Shown here in pieces: positions 27,581 through 34,737 of a stretch of DNA of 64,000 nt (positions within the stretch are counted from its first letter, which is position 1; each line of letters starts with the position of its first letter). Source of the stretch: a virus (taxonomy: Duplodnaviria; Caudoviricetes); the IMG/VR virus record IMGVR_UViG_3300015245_000006, positions 648 through 64,647 of that record; one strand, given 5' to 3'. A program made the translations under genes and the position numbers. Under the pieces are notes generated by a model. The model saw nothing but the letters and a program-made list of their open reading frames with translations. It was not told the DNA's origin and ran no database searches.

Positions 27581-28300
27581 GACGGTTTTTGGGGATAACT
27601 GCCGTCTCGCATAATCACTTGCATTGCAAGAGCTATTGCGTGTGTTGGCAGACCGTGAGACGGTCCCAAAAGCCCAAGGGCGAGATTCGTCCGAAGGCGA
27701 CAATTCGGGCGGCGGTAGTGATAAGGTCCCTGCCGATTACAAGGAGGGATCGGGCCTGCCGGAAACGACGGTCTGTCCGCCGCCCGAGTTTCAGTCTTAT
27801 CTGGTTACGACGACGCGGTTCCGACACTCATATCCCGCAGGGCCTCGGCCCACTGCACCAAGGGCAACCAATCGCGTTTCTGGATCGCCTGGGGCGGCGT
27901 ATCGCTCTACCAAATCTCGAGTTTTTGCAGGCCGGTGACAGGCCACGCAAACGCGGCTTATCCCTCGGGACAGCCGCAGGAGCCAACTCCGAAAAGGGTT
28001 GGTTCCACCAATACCAGGCGCGCCAGCGGACAGGCGCGACATGTGAGGGGCCGGCGCGCGACGTCCGGCATCCCGCCGCAGGCTGGAGCCGCTGGCCGGC
28101 CTGCGGAAGATTTCGCTGCGGTGCAGAGGATAAGCACCTTTGGCCTTCGGGTCGGTACAAGCGCAAGCTCAAGGCCAGCGGCGTAAATTCTCGCCCACCG
28201 GCGCTGGATGGGATCTGGCGTTTGGTAGGAAAGAGGCTGCGCGCCAAGGGAAACGGGACGTAGATGGGGCGGATCGGTGCCCGTCCGATCGCGGTCACCA
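27577..28300 (+). ncRNA. candidate large structured non-coding RNA
   Basis: Longest gene-free stretch; >12 helices with G-U pairs, UUCG/GNRA loops and multibranch junctions; ends helix-ACCA. Confidence 0.6.
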
Positions 28301-28316
28301 GCATTTCGGAGGCATC

Positions 28317-28583
28317 ATGACCGACAACGTGGTCTCAATCATCAGTGGCCGCGAGGTCATCCCGCCGGGCACGCCGCGGCCGGACCTGATCGCCGAGCTG
28401 GAGCGCCTCTTGGAAATGGCGCGCTCCGGAGAGCTTGACGGCATCGCCTATGCCTCGCTCTACCGAACCGACGCAACCGACTGGAACGTATTCGGCCGCT
28501 GGACGCGGTCGACCGTCGGCGCGCTACATTGCGCGATCTACAGGCTTTGTTCAACTGACGTCGATGGAGGCGTGAATGGCTAA
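28317..28583 (+). CDS. hypothetical protein
   Basis: GGAGG RBS; LERLLEMARSGELDGIA. Confidence 0.7.
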   Translation: MTDNVVSIISGREVIPPGTPRPDLIAELERLLEMARSGELDGIAYASLYRTDATDWNVFGRWTRSTVGALHCAIYRLCSTDVDGGVNG

Positions 28584-28746
28584 AAAGATCAAGCACGTTG
28601 GCTTCAAAGGCGCCGAGAAAGCCGTCGAGAGCGAGGGCTATAGCGCCAAGAGCGCGGCCAAGATCATCGGCGCCGGCAAGGCGCATGCCTCGGCGGCGGC
28701 AAAACGTGCCAACCCGCGGCTCAACAAGAAAGGCGGTCGCTCGTGA
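28576..28746 (+). CDS. small basic Ala/Lys-rich protein (56 aa)
   Basis: Read manually: MAKKIKHVGFKGAEKAVESEGYSAKSAAKIIGAG...ANPRLNKK; GGAGG RBS. Confidence 0.7.
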   Translation: MAKKIKHVGFKGAEKAVESEGYSAKSAAKIIGAGKAHASAAAKRANPRLNKKGGRS

Positions 28747-29057
28747 TCGTTCCAAGCATCGGCCGCAAAGTCTGGTACCGCCCCTCCCACAACGACAAGC
28801 AGTTGGGCATGCAAGCCTACGATGATAAGCCGTTCGATGCCGATGTCTGTTATGTGTGGTCTGACACCGAGGTCAACCTTGTCGTGACGGATCACCATGG
28901 CGCCCAATATCGGCGTACGCGTGTGCCAATCAACGTTCCTGACGTTCTGCCGCGCGCTGACTGGATGCCGTTTCAACTCGGACAGGCCAAGAAGACTGAG
29001 GCGGACACTCTCGAAGAGGTCCGCCGGCTGGCGTCGGCCGGAAAGCCGCTGATCTGA
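28743..29057 (+). CDS. conserved phage protein
   Basis: PSIGRKVWY...VNLVVTD...WMPFQ. Confidence 0.75.
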   Translation: MIVPSIGRKVWYRPSHNDKQLGMQAYDDKPFDADVCYVWSDTEVNLVVTDHHGAQYRRTRVPINVPDVLPRADWMPFQLGQAKKTEADTLEEVRRLASAGKPLI

Positions 29058-29239
29058 TGCCATGGCTCCCGAGCGATGGCCCGAAGCGCCACACCAAGAA
29101 GGCCAACACTCCAGCCAAGCGCAAGCAATGGAGCTCCACCGCAAACTCGGTGCTCGAAGAGAGTGGGGACGAGGCGAAGGCAGTCCGCATCGCCAACGCG
29201 GCCGTCAAGAAACATCCCTCCAAGAAGAAGGCAAAATAG
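29057..29239 (+). CDS. ChaB-like small basic protein
   Basis: QWSSTANSVLEESGDEAKAVRIANAAVKK. Confidence 0.7.
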   Translation: MPWLPSDGPKRHTKKANTPAKRKQWSSTANSVLEESGDEAKAVRIANAAVKKHPSKKKAK

Positions 29240-29241
29240 CC

Positions 29242-29511
29242 ATGTCCTGGTCCCTTACCGCGATCGGCAAGCCAGCTCCGGTGCTTGCCGTCCTGAAAGC
29301 TGACGTTGCGCGCAACACCTGCTCCGAACCCGAGCAATCGATCCGCGCGGCTGTAATGGATGCGATCGAGCTCGCCTTGAACGCGATGCCGGAAGGCTAC
29401 GCGGTCCAGGTCAATGCCGGCGGCAGTCAGCATCGACCGGATTCGACCAAGCCCGGCATTGTCAACTCGCTCAAGGTCGAAATCGTCCCGATCTATGGCT
29501 TCGCCGAGTAA
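29242..29511 (+). CDS. hypothetical protein
   Basis: MSWSLTAIGK... Confidence 0.65.
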   Translation: MSWSLTAIGKPAPVLAVLKADVARNTCSEPEQSIRAAVMDAIELALNAMPEGYAVQVNAGGSQHRPDSTKPGIVNSLKVEIVPIYGFAE

Positions 29512-30127
29512 CATTCAGGACGCTATCCGCCGGATCGCCGAGGCCAACGGCGAGGACCCAGCGACCTTGCTCGCCTATGCCGAGCGCGAGAGCGCGTTCA
29601 ATCCGCAGGCGCGATCGAGCAAGACCATCAAGGGCTTGTTCCAGATGACCCGCGGTCTGCGCCAGCAGTACGGCATCGGCGAATCGGACGATCCGGAAAC
29701 CCAGGCCACCGGCTACATGCCCTTCATGCGCGACACCCGCGAGGAGATGGGCCGCATCCTTGGGCGCCGGCCGAGCGACGCCGAGGTCTATCTCGGTCAC
29801 CATTACGGGGCCTCGCGCGCCGCGCGTACGCTCGGCATGGATCCGGATATGCCGGTCGATCAGGTCTTCAGCGCCACGGAGCGCGCCGGTAACCCGCACT
29901 TCGATCGCGCCGGCACCATCGGCAATCTCAATTCCTCGATCATGAGCGACATCGAGAAGAGGCGGAGCAGATTCGGCGGCGAGGGGCTTGACTTCTCCTC
30001 TGCGGTCGGGGCGCCAGCGCCGGAGCCGCTGGATTTCGGATCGAAGGCGGTCGCCGACCATGTAATTCCATTGCAATCGCAAGGTTCGAGCGGCCCGCTG
30101 GACTTCTCCTCGGTGGCGCAGCAGTGA
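29495..30127 (+). CDS. SLT/lysozyme-like transglycosylase
   Basis: RESAFNPQA..SKTIKGLFQM...VYLGHHYG; start uncertain. Confidence 0.8.
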   Translation: MASPSNIQDAIRRIAEANGEDPATLLAYAERESAFNPQARSSKTIKGLFQMTRGLRQQYGIGESDDPETQATGYMPFMRDTREEMGRILGRRPSDAEVYLGHHYGASRAARTLGMDPDMPVDQVFSATERAGNPHFDRAGTIGNLNSSIMSDIEKRRSRFGGEGLDFSSAVGAPAPEPLDFGSKAVADHVIPLQSQGSSGPLDFSSVAQQ

Positions 30128-30876
30128 CGCAGCCACCCTTCGAGGATGACTGCCCTGACGGCGGCGGCCAGCGCCCGACCAAAGAACAGGCCGAAAAGGT
30201 CCGTGACTATCTGATCAGCCGCAAGCGCCCTGCGACGGTCAAGGCCGTGTTCGAGGAACTGTCGGCGCGCAACTATGTGGTATCGAAGGCAACCGTTGGC
30301 CGACTGATCCCGTTCAAGCCGCGCCCGCCACTCTCACCGGTCCGCAAGGCCGAACACCGCGTTACGAGTCGACGAGCGCGGAATAGAGTTGCCAGCAGTG
30401 AGGCAGCCAAACAGCCACCGCTGAAGGCGCCTGCGCCGCCGCCTGAAGTGTCGTCAGAGCCGGCCAAGGCTGCGCAGACGATTAGTGCCGCGCTCGCCAA
30501 GGTCGACCCGCGGTTTTCGCTCGAAGCCTTGACAAAGGCGGATGCCACCTCGACGGCGCTGGCGATCCTTGAGAACCGCGAGCGCATGGCGCTCAACATC
30601 ATCATCATGCGAACGATGGCGATGTACCCGGAGCGGATGATCGTCGACATGCGCTGCACCGCCGCCTTGGTCGATGCGCTCACGATGGCCGCGAAGCTTT
30701 CCGGGGGCGCCTCGATCGACATCACGGTCCCGACCAGTGACAATCGCCCGCATGGTTTGAATGGGGCCCATGGCAATGGCGAGATGAAGGACGTGACGCC
30801 GACGGTTATCAACCCGCTGGCGGAAGACTTCGCGAAGTGGCGCAACCTGCGCAAGACCAATGGTCAAGGAGCTTAG
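30124..30876 (+). CDS. putative terminase small subunit
   Basis: N-terminal HTH-like region; directly upstream of and overlapping terL; positional call. Confidence 0.55.
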   Translation: MTQPPFEDDCPDGGGQRPTKEQAEKVRDYLISRKRPATVKAVFEELSARNYVVSKATVGRLIPFKPRPPLSPVRKAEHRVTSRRARNRVASSEAAKQPPLKAPAPPPEVSSEPAKAAQTISAALAKVDPRFSLEALTKADATSTALAILENRERMALNIIIMRTMAMYPERMIVDMRCTAALVDALTMAAKLSGGASIDITVPTSDNRPHGLNGAHGNGEMKDVTPTVINPLAEDFAKWRNLRKTNGQGA

Positions 30877-32635
30877 AGGGACACGTTACCTCAAAGACCC
30901 GCGCCTTGGTGAGTTCATCACCACGAAGCTGCCGTTCCTCGATCTGGACGAGACGACGGATTTCTACGAGTTCATCGAGGAGACCGGTTCGGCGGCCGAC
31001 AAGGCGCTGCTCAACTGCAACGACCGCTTCTACCTGCTGACGGTTACATGCGGTCGGCGCGACATGCTGGTGCCGTGGATATTCGATCGCTGCCGCGAGG
31101 TCGAGGCCAACCCGGATGGTTACCTCGATCTGTGGGCGCGCTACCACTACAAGAGTACGATCTGCACGTTCGGCGGCTGCATCCAGGAAATCCTGGTCGA
31201 CCCCGAAATCACGATCGCCATCATCTCCGGTACCGACAAGGTCGCGCAGCCATTCCTGATCCAGATCCAAGAGGAGTTCGAACGCAATGACCTTTTGAAG
31301 ACCCAGCACTCGGACGTGCTGTGGGACGATCCACGGCACCAGGCGCCGCAGTGGTCGCGCTATAAGGGAATTGTCGTCAAGCGTCGGGGCAACCCGAAGG
31401 AGTCCACCGTCGAGGCATTTGGCCTGATCGACGGCATGCGGACCGGCAAGCACTATCAGATCTTAAACTTTGACGATCTGATCAACGAGACGATGGTCGA
31501 TAACCCCGACATCGTGAAGAAGGTAACGCTGCGCTGGGAACTGTCGGACAATCTCGGCGTGCTTGGGCTTACCCGCAAGTGGCACCAGGGCACGCGATAC
31601 TCATTCGCGGACACCTATGGCATCATCATCGACCGCGGTATCCTGAAGACGAGGATTTTCCCGGCCACCATCGACGGCACGCTGACAGGCAAGCCGGTGC
31701 TGTTGACCGAGGAGAAATGGAAAGACGTCAAGAAGGCGCAGCGCTCGACCGTCAATGCGCAGATGCTCCTCAACCCGATCGCGGGCAATGAGAGCACGTT
31801 CTCGATGCTGTCGTTGGCGCATTACGACATCGTGCCGACTGTGCTCAACGTCTACATCATGGTCGATCCGTCGAAGGGCAAGACCAAGCGCAGCGACCGC
31901 ACCGCCATCTCCGTGATCGGCATCGACGTCGGCGGCAACAAGTATCTGCTCGATGGCTACTGCCACCGCATGAAGTTGTCGCGGCGCTACGACCTGATCT
32001 GCCAGCTCCGCGAGAAATGGTCGAACCATCCTGGCGTGCAGCATGTTCGGGTCGGCTATGAGCAATACGGCATGCAGGTCGACCTGGAGGTGATCCAGGA
32101 ATACCAGGAGCGCGACAACGATCAGTTCCCGATCGAGGAATTGAACACCACGCAGGACGGCAAGCACTCCAAGAGCGACCGCATCTCGCGGCTTCAGCCG
32201 GATTTCAACCGCGGCATCTTCTATCTGCCGGCCGTGGTCTATCACGCAGACTTCGGCGGCGGCCTCGCCAACCAGGCTCTCTGGGACGTTTGGACCGAAG
32301 AAGATTCCAAGCGGATGATCGAGGCGGCCAACGGCGCCCACAACGAGGCGGTTGGCACCATCGTCTACCGGCCGATGCAGGACCTCACGCGCAACCAACG
32401 CGCCTGCAAAGCAACCATGCAGTCATTCCGGATCGTCACCGCGCTGAAGCGGCTCAACGAGGACGGCGACATGTACGACCTGACGCGGGCGTTCCTCGAA
32501 GAGTTCCGGCTGCATCCGTTCGCGGCACATGACGACTTCCTGGACGCGACCAGCCGCGTCTACGACATGAAACCAACCAAGCCGGTCCCGTTCGAGGCGA
32601 TGAACGCCGAGCCGCGCATTTATAAGGATTCATAG
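30860..32635 (+). CDS. terL: terminase large subunit
   Basis: ARYHYKST Walker A variant, TGKHYQILNFDD Walker B, QGTRY, VDPS...SDRTA, HDDFLDA. Confidence 0.9.
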   Translation: MVKELRGTRYLKDPRLGEFITTKLPFLDLDETTDFYEFIEETGSAADKALLNCNDRFYLLTVTCGRRDMLVPWIFDRCREVEANPDGYLDLWARYHYKSTICTFGGCIQEILVDPEITIAIISGTDKVAQPFLIQIQEEFERNDLLKTQHSDVLWDDPRHQAPQWSRYKGIVVKRRGNPKESTVEAFGLIDGMRTGKHYQILNFDDLINETMVDNPDIVKKVTLRWELSDNLGVLGLTRKWHQGTRYSFADTYGIIIDRGILKTRIFPATIDGTLTGKPVLLTEEKWKDVKKAQRSTVNAQMLLNPIAGNESTFSMLSLAHYDIVPTVLNVYIMVDPSKGKTKRSDRTAISVIGIDVGGNKYLLDGYCHRMKLSRRYDLICQLREKWSNHPGVQHVRVGYEQYGMQVDLEVIQEYQERDNDQFPIEELNTTQDGKHSKSDRISRLQPDFNRGIFYLPAVVYHADFGGGLANQALWDVWTEEDSKRMIEAANGAHNEAVGTIVYRPMQDLTRNQRACKATMQSFRIVTALKRLNEDGDMYDLTRAFLEEFRLHPFAAHDDFLDATSRVYDMKPTKPVPFEAMNAEPRIYKDS

Positions 32636-32637
32636 AA

Positions 32638-32916
32638 ATGCCTGGAGTTCCGTCCAATGCCTTTGCCGTCAACGCCGTCACCATGACGGGCGGTGCGATC
32701 CAAATCGTTCCTGCTCGAGGCGATCGCAAGCGCGTGACTCTCGTGATGGGCGGGACCCCTGCCGATACATTCCTCGGTCCCCCCGGCGTCAGTTCGGCAA
32801 ATGGCATCCTGCTTGCCGGCGTCAAAGGACAGACGCTCTTTTTCGAAACGACCGCAGCCATCTTTGGCAATGGCACCGCGGCTGCGATTGTCTCCTATCT
32901 GGAGGAATTTGCCTGA
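32638..32916 (+). CDS. small virion-associated beta protein
   Basis: position and beta-rich composition. Confidence 0.6.
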   Translation: MPGVPSNAFAVNAVTMTGGAIQIVPARGDRKRVTLVMGGTPADTFLGPPGVSSANGILLAGVKGQTLFFETTAAIFGNGTAAAIVSYLEEFA

Positions 32917-33110
32917 TGGCCCGCTACACACCGCCTGTGCAGGTTAAGACACTGCAAACGCCGTGGAAGGTGCTCGTGATGCGCGCCGACCCGGCCTTCG
33001 AGGCATCAAAGCGCAAGGAGCCGTTTTACGAGTTCTCGAACGGTCGCCGCTTCGATGAGAACACGGCAATGCAGGGGCCGTATTCCCCGCTTCCCCACGA
33101 CAATCCGTAG
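32916..33110 (+). CDS. hypothetical protein
   Basis: YEFSNGRRF; coupled. Confidence 0.6.
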   Translation: MARYTPPVQVKTLQTPWKVLVMRADPAFEASKRKEPFYEFSNGRRFDENTAMQGPYSPLPHDNP

Positions 33111-33118
33111 GAGAAACC

Positions 33119-33799
33119 ATGACGGACGAAATCACCTCCGACGCACAGGGCATCAAGGGCCCGTCAATCGAGCCCTTCGTTCCGATCGTGCCGCCACCGA
33201 GCGAGCACCATGCGCTCAACACGGGGCTCGGCACCGAGCTTGGCGACAATGCCAAGACGATGATTGGCAAGATCAATGCCGGATTCGCGCATGTCTACGC
33301 GCTCTTAACCGGCACCTCGGCGCCAATCGCTGGCGATTCCAGTTCGATCTTTCAGAGCATCGAGGATCGGATCAAGCAAGCGGAGGGCAATCTCAGCGGC
33401 GCCGCCAGCCCGATCTTCGCCAGCTTCGAAGACAGGTTGAAGGAGATCGAGGGCAAGCTTAGCAGCGCGCCTGGCGAGGTCGCGGCCGATCTGTCGGACT
33501 TTGTCAAGAAGGGCGAGGCCATCGCCAAAGAGGAGTTCGATAAGCTGGTGAACGACGTCGGTATGCTCGGCAGCACCGTCAGTGTGATCCGAGACGATGT
33601 GACAAAGCTCGAAGGGCTGTTGAACCGCGCGGTCGATCTGTTCCTGACCCCGCAGGGCGGCTCCGTCGGCGTCCAGAAGGCCACGCAGATCCTCTCCGGC
33701 CAAGCTGGCAGTGGTGGCGCAGGTACGCTCGTTGATGGTGCCACCGGCGATCCGAACGCGCCGCCGCCGCCCGCTCCGAACCCGCCGGACAACGGCTGA
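33119..33799 (+). CDS. coiled-coil structural protein
   Basis: GDNAKTMIGKINAGFAHVY fibre-anchor-like motif followed by heptads. Confidence 0.65.
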   Translation: MTDEITSDAQGIKGPSIEPFVPIVPPPSEHHALNTGLGTELGDNAKTMIGKINAGFAHVYALLTGTSAPIAGDSSSIFQSIEDRIKQAEGNLSGAASPIFASFEDRLKEIEGKLSSAPGEVAADLSDFVKKGEAIAKEEFDKLVNDVGMLGSTVSVIRDDVTKLEGLLNRAVDLFLTPQGGSVGVQKATQILSGQAGSGGAGTLVDGATGDPNAPPPPAPNPPDNG

Positions 33800-33802
33800 T
33801 AC

Positions 33803-34252
33803 GTGACTGACCAGGTCGAACAGTTCGTTACCCACGCCGTCTCTGAAATCGAGGGGCGTGGGGGCCTAAAGGCAACCGTCACGCAAACCTACCAGCCGCC
33901 GCTGGACGGCAAGAGCGATGACTATGCAGGCTTCGACATGCGCGTGGCGCGCGGCATCGGCGAGCTGCTGAACAAGCACTATTTCGGCTACCGCTGGAAA
34001 TCGTTCGCCGATTGCCGGCAAGGCATCGTCGGGTTCTCGATCCCCGAGCTGATGGGTGAGACCCTGCACATGGTCATCAACCTCAAGCAATTCGCGGATC
34101 TCCAGCCCCAGCTCATCGTCGAGAAGGCCGGCGAACTGCTGGAGCGCATGCATCTGCCGCGCGGCCAGGTCGATATGGCGGCTTACGCCTTCGCCGTTGC
34201 CAACCGCCACAAGTTCCAGTTCGGCGACGTCAAATCCAAGGGGAACACGTAA
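33803..34252 (+). CDS. conserved podophage protein upstream of portal
   Basis: LNKHYFGYRW...AGELLERMHLPRG. Confidence 0.7.
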   Translation: MTDQVEQFVTHAVSEIEGRGGLKATVTQTYQPPLDGKSDDYAGFDMRVARGIGELLNKHYFGYRWKSFADCRQGIVGFSIPELMGETLHMVINLKQFADLQPQLIVEKAGELLERMHLPRGQVDMAAYAFAVANRHKFQFGDVKSKGNT

Positions 34253-34737
34253 TGGCCCAGCAGACGATCAACGCGCCTCCGTTCCGAGCGCCGTTCACCA
34301 CAGGCGATTCTGGCGAGAAGGGCGATACCCCCGCCGACCTGGTCGCCAAACTGAACGCGAACACGACCGAGCTTTACAGCAAGGCGCTGGCAGCGGCCAA
34401 ATACACCACGAGCGCGGCGGCCGGTCCCGCGACCGCGGCCGTTGGCGACCTCACCGGCGGCTCTCTGGCGGTCTGTAACTACTCGAGCATCGGCGCCAAC
34501 AACCTGACGACGCGCACCGCGGCACAGATGATTGCCGACGCAGGCCTCGTTGTCGGTCAAAGCTACGAGCTGGAAATCATGAACAGCTCTGGCGGCCAGA
34601 TGACCCTGGTCGGCGGCACCGGTGTCACCGTCAACGGCACGGCGACGATCGCGGCTGCTGCCGTGCGCTGGTACAGCGTTCTGGTGACTGGTGCTGCCGC
34701 CATCACCATGCAAAACCTCGGATCGGGCACCATCTAA
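34252..34737 (+). CDS. virion structural/decoration protein
   Basis: GDTPADLVAKLNANTTELY; beta-rich C-terminus. Confidence 0.65.
   Translation: MAQQTINAPPFRAPFTTGDSGEKGDTPADLVAKLNANTTELYSKALAAAKYTTSAAAGPATAAVGDLTGGSLAVCNYSSIGANNLTTRTAAQMIADAGLVVGQSYELEIMNSSGGQMTLVGGTGVTVNGTATIAAAAVRWYSVLVTGAAAITMQNLGSGTI

Noticed and set aside
27702-27790. Three-way junction as a hammerhead ribozyme
   Set aside because: Lacks the CUGAnGA and junction GAAA/UH core in the required positions.
28120-28138. CsrA-binding GGA hairpin loop
   Set aside because: Single instance; no repeated ANGGA loops typical of Csr/Rsm sRNAs.
27577-28304. ORFs spanning the structured gap (27577-28263 +, 27624-27938 +, 27828-28304 -)
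   Set aside because: Arg/Pro/Gly-rich, no recognisable motif or convincing RBS; better explained as incidental frames over structured RNA.
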